Shown here: one piece after another, positions 1 to 12,998 of the stretch
Numbering within the stretch: position 1 is the stretch's first letter
Layout: each line of letters starts with the position of its first letter
Assembly (NCBI GenBank): GCA_048013815.1
Contig: CM106586.1
Coordinates: 19,344,001-19,408,000 of the forward strand
Source: Setoptus koraiensis
Taxonomy: Eukaryota; Animalia; Arthropoda
Length of the DNA: 64,000 nt
Reading direction: 5' to 3'
Made by a program: the position numbers and the translations under genes
Notes under the pieces: model-generated
Told to the model about the DNA's origin: nothing
The model's database searches: none
What the model saw: only the letters and a program-made list of their open reading frames with translations

Positions 1-3000
1 GATGCTTCTAAAAGTGCAGATGTCTCGTCTGAACAGTCAACAGTTCCTACAACCACTCTAGGCACTTTAGTCTTTACTGACGAATCCAAAGATCCGATTG
101 TCAAGACAATGCAAACTGAGACACCAATGCCTGCCGTGACAACAGTAGGGTCTGATTCTAGCTCCAACTCAAGTCCAGCTTCAACGTCATTCGAAAGTAG
201 CACAACCCCGAGAGCTGATCTTGAAACTACAAATTCTGCTGCAAGTACTGAACAGTCAGCAGTACCGACCACAACACTAGGTACTATAGTTGTTACTGAT
301 GAGTCGAAAGAGGTAGAAAAATCAGAGGCATCAATGACAACAGTACCAACAATCAGACTCGATGAATCAACTACAGTTGGGTCTGATTCGAGCTCGAGCA
401 GGGCTACCTCATTGGATCCGAACTCACTCACATCGACTCCTTCAGTTGATTTAGCATCTCAAACTAGTATGGCAGAAACAGCCACGAGTCAGCAAAGTTC
501 AAGTCCCATCACATTTTCCGAGATGAGTTCATCTACTTCGAATCCTCAAGTCGACGTGGCTCCTCAAACCAGTCTACCAGAGTCGACGACGAACCAACCA
601 TCACAACCAGAAACCTCCCCCACACCTGCAACCGCATCCTCGATGACCGCTGAGATCGGATCAACGACGGCATCATCTGAAAAATCGGCAGCACCAGCAG
701 ATGGAGGTGCCGCAACTGAACAGCCTGCCTCAAAACCAGCTGAAACAACCACTCTTGCATCCACTTTTGATACTAGCTCGACTACAGTGTCCAGTGTAGT
801 TCCATCGACTTTGTTACCCATAACGGAGGTAACTTCGCAGTCGAGCTCCATCGATTCGACTACAAGCCAACCTTCATCCACATCTACTGTAGAATCGTCG
901 TCGACAACACCCTACACTCAGTCTACTAGATTATCTAGTGATATAATGGGACAAGGTGAATCGACAACACCAGAACAATCAGGATCGAGACCGTTTGAAA
1001 CTACAACCATCGTAATGAGTGTGAGCTCTACTCTAAAGCCTGTGGATGAGGCCCCAGCGTCAACAGCCACCGTCAATGTTGGATCAACAGATGCATCTAC
1101 ACCTACAGCTGCCAATACTGAGCAGCCAGCAGTACCTACAACGACATTAGGCACTATAGTCTTTACTGACCAATCCAAAGATCCGATTGTCAAGTCAATG
1201 CAAACTGAGACGCCAATGCCTGCCATGACAACAATAGGATCTGATTCTAGCTCCAACTCAAGTCCGGCGTCTACGTCAATTGTAACTAACGCTACTCCAA
1301 AGGTTGATGATGAAATCACTGCTCAAAATGTTCCGACAGATTTGGGCTCAAGTCAATTAGCCCAACCAGGAATGCGAGCAGAAGTTTCACCTACGACTGA
1401 AAATGGACCTACGATAGCTCCATCTGAGGGCCCAATCGATAGTGCTACAACCGGTGAACAGCCTTCCCCTCGACCTATGGAAACTACGACGATGTTTATA
1501 AATAGAGGCTCTACTGAACCGTCTTCAGCTGAAGGTACCACCTCTGCGACAACCGTCGATGCTGGATCGAGCACGAAGGATGCAATCACCACTTCTGAGC
1601 AGCCAGAGGCACCGACCACCTCGCAAGGAACCCTAGTGTTCAGCGACAAACCTGTGAATTCGGATGTCGAGTCTAAGCAAACAGAGACACCATCACAAAC
1701 GAATAGGCCTGTAGAATCAACTACCGTTGCATCTGACTCAAACTCAGCGGTTTCGTCTGATGCAAGCTCATCCACTCCGGCCCAACCCGTTGATGTAAGC
1801 ACTCAGACTGGGTCGGAGTTTCCGTCAACAAGCCAATCGATACCGCCGGAGATGCGAACTGAGTTAACATCCACGTCTACGGTAGCTTCCTCTGGAAAAT
1901 ATGAAGAACCAGTCGAAAACACGTTCTCAACAGAACAATCAGGATCGAGACCGTTTGAAACTACAACCATCGTAATGGGTGTGAGCTCTACTCTAAAGCC
2001 TGTGGATGAGGCCCCAGCGTCAACAGCCACCGTCAATGTTGGATCAACAGATGCATCTACACCTACAGCTGCCAATACTGAGCAGCCAGCAGTACCTACA
2101 ACGACATTAGGCACTATAGTCTTTACTGACCAATCCAAAGATCCGATTGTCAAGTCAATGCAAACTGAGACACCAATGCCTGCCATGACAACAGTAGGAT
2201 CTGATTCTAGCGCCAACTCAAGTCCAGCTTCAACGTCATTCGAAAGTAGCACAACCTCGAAAGCTGATCTTGAAACTACAAATTCTGCTGCAAGTACTGA
2301 GCAGTCAGCAGCGCCGACAACAACGCCAGGAACAATAGTTTTCACTGACGAATCTAAAGAGACCAAGACTGAGAGGCCAGCTGTCGTAACGACAACAGTA
2401 GCATACGGTCCGACAATAATATCTGGCGTCAGTACATCTACCTCAGTGCCAAGTGTAGAAGTAACATCGCAACAAGGCTCAACAGATCTCACTAATAATC
2501 AATCAGCGCAGCCAGGAGTACCAACCGAGGCCTCTTCAGTGGCTCCGACGACGTTTTCAGCTTCAGTCAACACTGGTTCATCAATTCCGTCAGAGGAATC
2601 GAAGTATCTACCAATGAGCCCAGAAACACCAGCCATAACAGTTTCACCCACCACTGGGTTACCACTGCAAGAAACAACTTCCGCTCCCAGTTCCACTGCA
2701 CCATTCGTCGACGCTGTTTCATCAACATCACTATCTCCCTCTGAAGTGACATCTCAATCTAGCCCCATTTATCCGACAACAATGCAGTCTTCGCAACCAG
2801 AAGCGAGAACAGAGATCTCCTCTACTTCAGCAACAGAATCCTCAAATACTGGAAGCTCTCCAGCTATGTCCAGAGAGTCAGAAGATCTAGTTGGTAAGTC
2901 TGAATTGCCGTCAGAACAGCAGTCTGTTCCAAGCTCGACCACAGCCGTTCCATCAAGTTCGAGCCCGACCACGACAGAAGGATTGAGTGTCTCTACCTCT

Positions 3001-6000
3001 TCTTCGGCCTCTTCCGAGGGAACTTCCAGTCCGACAGAGTTGCCTTCCGCGACAACTGTCAGTAATCAACCATCAAATAAAGATAGTAGTGATGATTCCA
3101 GGAATGCTGTTGCCACTTCTGAGCAGCCTGCAGTAACAACTGTTCAATCGGCGTCCATTCCGGTGGAAACTACAACCATTGCTTCGCAGCAAAGTTCAAG
3201 CCCCATCACCTCGTCTGAGACGAGTTCATCTACTTCGAATCCTCAAGTCGACGTGGCTCCTCAAACCAGTCTACCAGAGTCGACGACGAACCAACCATCA
3301 CAACCAGAAACCTCCCCCACACCTGCAACCGCATCCTCGATGATCGCTGAGATCGGATCAACAACGGCATCATCTGAAAAATCGGCAGCACCAGTAGATG
3401 GAGGTGCCGCAACTGAACAGCCTGCCTCAAAATCTGCTGAAACAACCACTCTTGCTTCCACGAGTTCATCTACTTCGAATCCTCAAGTCGACTCGGCTTC
3501 TCAAACCAGTCTACCAGAGTCGACTACGAACCAACCATCACAACCGGAAACCTCCTCTACACCTGCAACCGCATCCTCGATGATTGCTGAGATCGGATCA
3601 ACGACGGCATCATCTGAAAAATCGGCAGCACCAGTAGATGGAGGTGCCGCAACTGAACAGCCCGCCTCAAAACCTGCTGAAACAACCACTCTTGCTTCCA
3701 CGAGTTCATCTACTTCGAATCCTCAAGTCGACTCGGCTTCTCAAACCAGTCTACCAGAGTCGACTACGAACCAACCATTACAACCAGAAACCTCTTCTAC
3801 ATCTACCACCACATTTTCGGTAGTTATCGACAATGGATCTACCCCAGCTACGACTGACGAATCCAGAGATCTGGATAGCAAGAAGGCAGTTGTTGAGACA
3901 ACAAGCGGACAACCAGCTTCGTTGGCGCCAGTAATGATGAATGTTGCCTCAGTTTCGACCACAACATCGAGTTCGTCGACAGTGGCCTCCTCTGGAGAGG
4001 TCACTACTCAGACCAGTTCATCGAAATCGAGAGAAAACGAAGCAAATGTGGGTGATGTTGGAACAAGCAGTACTCCCAGTGCGACAACATTGTACTCATT
4101 GATAACTGAGAGCACCCAGAGGTATATGGGCTCTTCTGCGAGCCTTTTCCCAACAACCATCGAACCTACTCCCAGACCAGTGGAGATTACAACCATACTA
4201 GCTGACTTGAGTTCAAGTTCTACCTCAGTTCCATCTGTAACTACAACACCAGCATCACCTATTGTGGAAACGGTATCTTCATCTAGCCCATCCTCTGAGG
4301 AAGCAAGAACGTACGGCGACACTTCTTCTACAACTTTGAGTCCACCTCAAACGTCAACAGAAAATGATGTCAAGACTACGGTTATATCGTTGGGCGAACT
4401 AGCCACAGCAGAACAGCCCAAAATTCTTCAAAGCCCTAGCACCCCCGCAATCTCAGATTCCGCCTCCAGTCTGACCACTTTGTTTGATGCGAAATCATCT
4501 ACGACAACTTCAGATCTCAAAATGACATCTAGCCCACAGTCAGAAACTACAACGCAGTCCGGAACCCAAAGTGAATCTTCAACAGCCTCAAGTGCGCTTC
4601 CTTCAACTGTTGGCTCCGGTACAGACATCGTTGGTGGATCTAAGGAGGCCGCTGTCGTTTCCGAGCAACCAGCAGCGACAACTGGATTGCCGACGATCAT
4701 TCCAGTAGAATCTACAACAAGCTCGAGCTCAATTCCAGCGACTTTATCTGATCTGAATTCATCCACTTCGGCTTCTCCTGTCGATGTAACTTCTCAAACT
4801 AATCCATCGGATTCAACCACTAGTCAATCAGCACAACCAGAATTACAAACTGAAACTTCTTCAGCATCCACTACATCTACTTCAGCCTCTTCAGTAACAG
4901 ACAATGTTTCCACTACGATTTCGTCCGGTGAATCTAGAGATCAAACAGGCAAGCAAGAAGAGGTGTCCAAACAATCCGTTGCAGACACGAATGCGGCCAA
5001 TATTGGTATGGTGTCACCCCAGACCGAAACATCCTTAACGGAAGCTACGACTGGCAAGCCCCCACAACCTTTTTCGGATATTTCCATCGCTACGGAATCT
5101 CAGAGCTTTAGTAAATCGACCAACGAACCGGTAGCTGTAACATCAGTCACATCTACAGAGAGTTCAGCCGTGACATCTTCGCCTGATCTCAATTCATCTA
5201 CAGTTGCGTCCTTAGGTGAATCTACTTTCCGGGAGGCATCTCAGGATCCAAGACAAAACGAGCAAGTTATGTCAGAGATGCAAACGAAGAATCCAGAATC
5301 TACCAGTCCATCCTCTGGAGAGGCTACTTTTTCGACCTCAAATGAGCCGAGTCGCAAGGTTGAGACAAGCACACCCTCGCTATCGACTTATGAATATCCA
5401 ATAAATGGTGACATGATGAATTTTAATACAAATAATCCCGGGCAATCAGAAAGCAAACCTGAGGGTCCCCCTCCAAATGTTATGGGTCCGATTTCAGCAG
5501 ATCCATCACCACGGATCGAATCGGCATCTCAGACAGGTTCCATGGAACCAATGGATAAACGAATTATGGATGAGCAAGATAATCAGGCTGTCGTGCCCGT
5601 TGCCTCAACCGCGATGGAGGCAACTTCCGCTGCACCAACAACACAAAAAGAGAACTCAGCAGGAATGACTGAGCAACAATCCACCTCATCACCTGGCCCA
5701 GATACTCAAGACTCGTTATCAACAACTGGACTGTCTAGTGTCTCAACTGGATCAACATCCAGAGCTGAAATGCAGACCGAGGCTCCGATCGTTGCAAAAA
5801 ATGTCTCATACGCAATAACTGGCGACAATGGATCGACTCAAACGCCTTATATCGAGGCAACATCACAGAATAACCCAGCAGAATCAACATCTCCAGAGAC
5901 AAATGCCCACACAGAGGCCTCGTCCTCTATCGGAACATCAACAACTGTTGCTGGTGTGTCTGGCACAGATTCTGCAGAGGTACTAAAGAATGTAACTGTT

Positions 6001-9000
6001 GATTCTGAGCAACAGGCATCATCAACTACCACTGCAAGTACTTTGGTAATAACAGACGGACCCAAGTATTCAACGGTCGTTTCTGAACAACCTGAAGCAA
6101 CAACAGGATTGCAAACTACTAGACCTGTGGAATTAACTACGATTGCCTCTGATCCAGGTATTGCCACATCATCAGATGTAAGCTCATCAACCCCAGCTTC
6201 GCTCGATGAAACATCCCAAACAGGATCCACGAGCCAATCGGCACAGCCGATGCAAACTGAGGCTCCGTCTACACCAACGATAGCATCTACGATGATTGCT
6301 GAGATCGGATCAACGACGGCATCATCGGAGAAATCGGCAGCACCAGTAGATGGAGGTGCCGCAACTGAACAGCCTGCCTCAAAATCTGCTGAAACAACCA
6401 CTCTTGCCTCCACTTCTGATACTAGCTCAACTACAGTGTCCAGTGTAGTTCCATCGACTTTGTTACCCATAACGGAGGTAACTTCGCAGTCGAGCTCCAG
6501 CGATTCGACTACAAGCCGACCTTCATCCACATCTACTGTAGAATCGTCGTCGACAACACCCTACACTCAGTCTACTAGATTATCTAGTGATATAATGGGA
6601 CAAGGTGAATCGACAACACCAGAACAATCAGGTTCGAGACCGTTTGAAACTACAACCATCGTAATGGGTGTGAGCTCTACTCTAAAGCCTGTGGATGAGG
6701 CCCCAGCGTCAACAGCCACCGTCAATGTTGGATCAACAGATGCATCTACACCTACAGCTGCCAATACTGAGCAGCCAGCAGTACCTACAACGACATTAGG
6801 CACTATAGTCTTTACTGACCAATCCAAAGATCCGATTGTCAAGTCAATGCAAACTGAGACACCAATGCCTGCCATGACAACAGTAGGATCTGATTCTAGC
6901 GCCAACTCAAGTCCAGCTTCAACGTCATTCGAAAGTAGCACAACCTCGAAAGCTGATCTTGAAACTACAAATTCTGCTGCAAGTACTGAGCAGTCAGCAG
7001 CGCCGACAACAACGCCAGGAACAATAGTTTTCACTGACGAATCTAAAGAGACCAAGACTGAGAGGCCAGCTGTCGTAACGACAACAGTAGCATACGGTCC
7101 GACAATAATATCTGGCGTCAGTACATCTACCTCAGTGCCAAGTGTAGAAGTAACATCGCAACAAGGCTCAACAGATCTCACTAATAATCAATCAGCGCAG
7201 CCAGGAGTACCAACCGAGGCCTCTTCAGTGGCTCCGACGACGTTTTCAGCTTCAGTCAACACTGGTTCATCAATTCCGTCAGAGGAATCGAAGTATCTAC
7301 CAATGAGCCCAGAAACACCAGCCATAACAGTTTCACCCACCACTGGGTTACCACTGCAAGAAACAACTTCCGCTCCCAGTTCCACTGCACCATTCGTCGA
7401 CGCTGTTTCATCAACATCACTATCTCCCTCTGAAGTGACATCTCAATCTAGCCCCATTTATCCGACAACAATGCAGTCTTCGCAACCAGAAGCGAGAACA
7501 GAGATCTCCTCTACTTCAGCAACAGAATCCTCAAATACTGGAAGCTCTCCAGCTATGTCCAGAGAGTCAGAAGATCTAGTTGGTAAGTCTGAATTGCCGT
7601 CAGAACAGCAGTCTGTTCCAAGCTCGACCACAGCCGTTCCATCAAGTTCGAGCCCGACCACGACAGAAGGATTGAGTGTCTCTACCTCTTCTTCGGCCTC
7701 TTCCGAGGGAACTTCCAGTCCGACAGAGTTGCCTTCCGCGACAACTGTCAGTAATCAACCATCAAATAAAGATAGTAGTGATGATTCCAGGAATGCTGTT
7801 GCCACTTCTGAGCAGCCTGCAGTAACAACTGTTCAATCGGCGTCCATTCCGGTGGAAACTACAACCATTGCTTCGCAGCAAAGTTCAAGCCCCATCACCT
7901 CGTCTGAGACGAGTTCATCTACTTCGAATCCTCAAGTCGACGTGGCTCCTCAAACCAGTCTACCAGAGTCGACGACGAACCAACCATCACAACCAGAAAC
8001 CTCCCCCACACCTGCAACCGCATCCTCGATGATCGCTGAGATCGGATCAACAACGGCATCATCTGAAAAATCGGCAGCACCAGTAGATGGAGGTGCCGCA
8101 ACTGAACAGCCTGCCTCAAAATCTGCTGAAACAACCACTCTTGCTTCCACGAGTTCATCTACTTCGAATCCTCAAGTCGACTCGGCTTCTCAAACCAGTC
8201 TACCAGAGTCGACCACGAACCAACCATCACAACCGGAAACCTCCTCTACACCTGCAACCGCATCCTCGATGATTGCTGAGATCGGATCAACGACGGCATC
8301 ATCTGAAAAATCGGCAGCACCAGTAGATGGAGGTGCCGCAACTGAACAGCCTGCCTCAAAACCTGCTGAAACAACCACTCTTGCATCCACTTTTGATACT
8401 AGCTCGACTACAGTGTCCAGTGTAGTTCCATCGACTTTGTTACCCATAACGGAGGTAACTTCGCAGTCGAGCTCCAGCGATTCGACTACAAGCCAACCTT
8501 CATCCACATCTACTGTAGAATCGTCGTCGATGACACCCGATACTCAGTCTACTAGATTATCTAGTGACAATATGGGAGACCAGACTGTCAAATCCGCACA
8601 ACAACAAGGTGGTGAATCAACAACAACTGAACAGCCAAAAGCTAATGTCACCTCTGACTTCGGATCCGTATCTTCCACGGAAAATTACCCCAAGGACTTA
8701 CCATCATCTCCAGCTGAGGTGTTCGCCTCAGGAGTTTCAACAACCAATCAATCTCCATTCAAACCTGTCGAAATCACGACTGTCATACCTTCAATTAGGG
8801 GCTCTTCGGCTAGTATTACTATACCATGGGCTGATATATCCAATTCATCAACCATTCTGTACAATACTATGTTGCCAACAACGACGAGTCTACCATCAAC
8901 TACCTCATCTACCACGACAGTCAGTCCTACCACCGTTCGGAGTGACAACGGTACGCATGGATATGAAGTTTCGCAGGGTTCAGGCCCAGAAACTGACTAT

Positions 9001-9914
9001 GAGGAAGCTGTTGAAGGTAAGTTATCACTAAGAAATAGTCCATATAATTTGTCCACAATAACAATCCTCGTTCGGGTAGCTTCCTAGCGAATTTGATTGT
9101 GGCGACGATTGTATCGCGTCTTGTAGTCTTCTAAGAGCTTATACTTACAATTTCTGAACACTTTTTCTCCACTAATCAGATGCAGGATGTGAGTACGAAG
9201 GAAAGACTTACAATTCGGCAGAACAAATTCCTCGTTCACACCCTTGCGATTTCTGCTTTTGTTTCCGAGGTGATATTATTTGTCTACAACAAACATGTCC
9301 ACCACCCGTGCAACATTGCTTTGAAACAAATATAGAGGGTTTCTGCTGCCCCAGATATGAGTGTCGTAAGTATCCGTTGACTCTTTAATAGTTTATTTTC
9401 ACGGTCCTATTATACAAATACTAATGACTATTACATTGCTTTACCAATCAAAAAATTTAGCTGTTCACACTCTGAGGGCACCAAACAATTCAACAGGTTT
9501 ATCTGTGACCCAATCCGATACACATTCAAATCTGCACGCACATTCTCATGCTACCAAAGACAAGCCAATTGCGTTGAACAACAAAAATTCCCAAGTTAGA
9601 GGTTTGTATTTTGCACTTTGCATCTATTAATATGAAACTCAACTACATTTTGATGTTTGATCCTTTATTAATACAAATAATCTTCATTTATCTGTTTTGC
9701 AACTTCACACTGCGTCCCAGGCTGTTATGTTGATAACAAGCTATACGGTATTGGTCAGATAATTGAAAGCGCGAGCGGGCCTTGCCTCGAGTGCAAATGT
9801 GATATCAGCGGTATGATGCGATGTAATCCGAAAGAGTGTTCACCGGAGGATCCCCTCTTACAACAAATTAACCGTGAGGTGCTTTCATCGACATTGAGTA
9901 GAAGTCACAGATAG
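1..9914 (+). CDS. tnc: Giant secreted mucin-like ECM protein with C-terminal VWC domains, tenectin/tenebrin-like; 5'-partial. Exons <1-9016, 9186-9365, 9461-9601, 9721-9914
   Basis: Frame open from base 1 (S/T/E/P-rich). Donor G|GTAAGT at 9017 and three phase-1 introns give GCEYEGKTYNSAEQIPRSHPCDFCFCFRGDIICLQQTCPPPVQHCFETNIEGFCCPRYEC (full VWC) and GCYVDNKLYGIGQIIESASGPCLECKCDISGMMRCNPKECSPEDPLLQQ..., stop TAG 9912-9914. Summed exon length is divisible by 3. The tenectin name rests on recalled architecture and is less certain than the mucin+VWC call. Confidence 0.8.
1931..8384 (+). repeat. In-frame near-identical duplication, ~1.76 kb blocks 1931-3695 and 6620-8384 (offset 4689), plus 240-bp (80-aa) sub-repeats
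   Basis: Both block ends align at offset 4689. Duplicated shadow ORFs in the track (2499/7188, 2769/7458, 3230/7919). 240-bp period at 3261/3501/3741. Confidence 0.92.
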
Positions 9915-10210
9915 CTCTACAAGACAAGACAGAATTGATTGAAATAAACGAATCCACAAGATTTCAATGATTTCGGTGGTTTCAACAAGAACACAACAAC
10001 TTAATAATTTTAGGTATAAATTTTTACCAGCTCACTATTTTGTTCATATATTGTATAAAGACTACAGTTGTACATATTGTATGTAAGTGTAGACATAGTT
10101 AAAAATAAAAAGAAATCGTATCATTAATTATGTCATAATTGCAACGAGTATGATTTCTTTTTTTAGTTTTCATTCCCAAAAATCCACCCGTGATGCAATT
10201 TAATTGATGT

Positions 10211-10525
10211 CTACTTGTGTTTCTGCAATATCTTTCCAATGAGGTTTTCCGTGTTGGCCAACTGATTCATTGCCTTGATGGACGGGGCCTGTCGGTCGAT
10301 ATAGCTGTTAGTGCCCTGATCTGGTGTGCCATAGATGTGTGCCGTCCTTACCGACGGCTCATACTCGTAATCGCTGGAGTTTTTTCCGCAACAACATGGG
10401 CACATCTTTCTATAGAGGCATCTACAGCATATTAATGAAAAAATGAATAAGAAAACTGCTGCAATTCCACCAATAGCATAAGGATCTTGTCTGACCTTCT
10501 CAAAAACATCCTCGAATTTAATCAT
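10211..10525 (-). CDS. Small single-pass membrane protein (104 aa) with juxtamembrane Cys cluster
   Basis: ATG at 10525 (MIKFEDV...). Hydrophobic AIGGIAAVFLFIFSLI is followed by CCRCLYRKMCPCCCG. The ORF-track start at 10594 is a non-ATG start. Confidence 0.7.
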   Translation of the reverse strand: MIKFEDVFEKVRQDPYAIGGIAAVFLFIFSLICCRCLYRKMCPCCCGKNSSDYEYEPSVRTAHIYGTPDQGTNSYIDRQAPSIKAMNQLANTENLIGKILQKHK

Positions 10526-10627
10526 CCGAACTGTTCGACCTGCCTGGATTCTGATAAATAAATAACATGAATCAACTAACCAATATTTTTGCAAGCAATT
10601 TTATGAGTTAGAATTTATGCAAAGATA

Positions 10628-10803
10628 TCACGTGACTTTATTTTGTAACTTGGTTAGCATGAACTTATATAATTGAATCGCGCGGAGAAAACCCCTTCCC
10701 ATTCCACAATCACTGAGAAAAAAAAATGCCTTTTGAATAGCGCGCCAGAGCAACTCAACAATTAGATCTCATTGGAATAAACATCGAACACTTCATCACG
10801 TGA
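10628..10803. promoter_or_regulatory. Candidate bidirectional promoter with two TCACGTGA E-boxes
   Basis: TCACGTGA at 10628-10635 and 10796-10803, between divergent ATGs at 10525 (-) and 10963 (+). Confidence 0.4.
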
Positions 10804-10962
10804 TTCGGTTTAAAACCTTTTATTTTGTTATGAGATACATCTAGCCCCCTCTCTATTATTAAATGTTATTATTTGTTTTTGTTCCTCGTTATTATTCGTC
10901 GCTACATTCCAAACTGGAGCCCAATTAAAGAGTCACGGTAATTTTCAGTCAAACTGTCCAAC

Positions 10963-12267
10963 ATGTTCGGAGGTCAAGGCAGTGGCCAAACGAAGCCCCC
11001 AGCTTTAAATTCTTCCATCGGTATCAGTTTGGTTCAACACGGATTTTGTGCAGATGCGGATGATAGTTGGGTCGTTCAACTGAGCGCTGACGATATCAAA
11101 GAGTATCGTGATATAAAGAAAAAATTCATGGATCTTGACGTGGGCGTTAGTCAATTTATGGCAAAACTTAGGAATCAGAGTTATGAGGGAACTGATGAGG
11201 CAGAGGTAGCACTAATTAGAAGAAATTGGGAAACTAAAAAAACTGAAATGTTACAGAAGAGTAATCGCCTCAAACAGACACACATAGAACGACTGACTAA
11301 ATTGCGACTGAAAGCTCAAAACAATCCAATAAACAAACCGAAGAATAACAACAAAAACAAGAAATTCAAGGACAACAATCAGACAATCTTGAAGCCAGTG
11401 TTCGAACAGGTCGATGTCAAACCGACCAGGGAGGAGCTGGCGGCGATGATGGAGCAGACGGCAGCAACGGCTAGTGTTTCCAGCGTTGAGCAACCAAGCA
11501 CTAGCAATGAAATCCAAAGCACTAGAGATAGGCAAGGAAAACGAAAAAAGTCAAAAGATATCCAATCGGACGAAGAGGATGATGTTTCCATCATCGAGAA
11601 GCCAACAAGAGGTGGTTTCAACTTTGCTGAGTACCTGGCCAAAGCGAAGGCTATTGGAGCAAAGCCGGTCAACACTATCACCACGGCACCACCAGTTCCC
11701 ACTGTTAGTAGGGACCTCACTAGCCTTTTGGATGAGGCTATCAGACAAACACAGAACTGCCCTCCTGTTCCGCCGCTTCAACGACCCTTCGAATTAGCCG
11801 ATAACAATTTTCTTTCTAACAGCGACATAGACTATAGGTCTCTAATTAGTCGGCCGCCACCACCGATAATCACTAGCGAACCTAAATCCAACTTACCAAC
11901 TATCAATGTTCCTTATCAAGATTCATCGAATCCAAAGTCAACCAACATGCATGAAATAGCCAAAACTGTTCTGCACCCGCCACCACCTCCCCCAGAACCA
12001 GAACCAGAACCGGAGCCACAGCCCGAGCTAGCACCCGAACCAGCGCCAGAACCTGAACCACCGAGGGACACCTATCTAGATGGCATAGGTGAGAGAGACG
12101 TATTTTTGTTTGATAAGCTCAGGCCACTAGTTGAAAAGTACAATTGTAGAGACAGGCTAGTTCTAGCGACAGAAACAATTAGAAGGAGAGCAGAATTAAT
12201 GAAGGCAATAGATGATATAGAATTGTGCACCAAACAAAAACGTTTGAATCCAATCAAATCATGTTGA
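10963..12267 (+). CDS. Intronless 434-aa protein: N-terminal coiled coil (weakly occludin/ELL-like), Pro/PE-rich linker, small helical C-terminal domain
   Basis: Long ATG-initiated ORF with protein-like composition; PPPPPEPEPEPEP tract. Confidence 0.85.
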   Translation: MFGGQGSGQTKPPALNSSIGISLVQHGFCADADDSWVVQLSADDIKEYRDIKKKFMDLDVGVSQFMAKLRNQSYEGTDEAEVALIRRNWETKKTEMLQKSNRLKQTHIERLTKLRLKAQNNPINKPKNNNKNKKFKDNNQTILKPVFEQVDVKPTREELAAMMEQTAATASVSSVEQPSTSNEIQSTRDRQGKRKKSKDIQSDEEDDVSIIEKPTRGGFNFAEYLAKAKAIGAKPVNTITTAPPVPTVSRDLTSLLDEAIRQTQNCPPVPPLQRPFELADNNFLSNSDIDYRSLISRPPPPIITSEPKSNLPTINVPYQDSSNPKSTNMHEIAKTVLHPPPPPPEPEPEPEPQPELAPEPAPEPEPPRDTYLDGIGERDVFLFDKLRPLVEKYNCRDRLVLATETIRRRAELMKAIDDIELCTKQKRLNPIKSC

Positions 12268-12566
12268 CAATAATCAGCCGGCCACATTTGAAATCTTTTC
12301 TCGCTTCGTAATGTCAACTCTTTGATTAATAAATTGTTAATGCTTTCACTATTTATAATATAGTCACTAACAACTGCTTCACTGTACAATCATCTCGAGA
12401 CAAACACGCTAGCACATTCTATTTGCTACTTAATTTTATTGTATATTTTCAATTGCTTAGATTGAAGCAGAGATTTGAAATAAGGCTAGAAGGTTTCATA
12501 TCACTCAAAAAGGTTTCTACTTGTTTTTCTTCTCCATGTTGGTCATGTAGACATGTATTAATCAAT

Positions 12567-12998
12567 ATGTTTTTGTTGGGCTCTACCAAAATCGTTCAAG
12601 ATTCTTTTGACCATTACACCTATTCCTGGATCATAATTACCGTCTGTTGGATAGCCTATATCATCTGCACAATTATTTATCTTCACTATGCTTACTCGAA
12701 CTATAAGCGCAAACAGTTGCTGAATTTGGAAAAGAAAAGTCAGAAGCAACCGTTCAAGCCACATACTCAGACCTCTCAATCTACGCTACCAGGGGTAACA
12801 ATAGATTTGCCTACTATATCCTCGGGTTCGTCGAACCCGAGTTCGCCCAGTGACAGCAGGGAGACCACTACTGATTCCCAGATTAGCAAAATCAGTAATG
12901 GTGCAATAAGTAAATCAATCAAAAGTGGTAACAAGAGATCAAAATCTCCCAAGAGATCACGCTCCAAAACAAAGCTTGCCGGAACTGAAACCAGTTAA
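12567..12998 (+). CDS. Single-pass membrane protein (143 aa) with Ser-rich, basic cytoplasmic tail
   Basis: First in-frame ATG at 12567; TM WIIITVCWIAYIICTIIYLHYAY; tail KRSKSPKRSRSKTK. Confidence 0.7.
   Translation: MFLLGSTKIVQDSFDHYTYSWIIITVCWIAYIICTIIYLHYAYSNYKRKQLLNLEKKSQKQPFKPHTQTSQSTLPGVTIDLPTISSGSSNPSSPSDSRETTTDSQISKISNGAISKSIKSGNKRSKSPKRSRSKTKLAGTETS

Noticed and set aside
533-8948. Many minus-strand and off-frame ORFs over the mucin exon
   Set aside because: Shadows of a Ser/Thr-rich repetitive frame; they duplicate exactly with the repeats.
9017-9087. ORF-track C-terminus KLSLRNSPYNLSTITILVRVAS
   Set aside because: Read-through into an intron starting GTAAGT at 9017.
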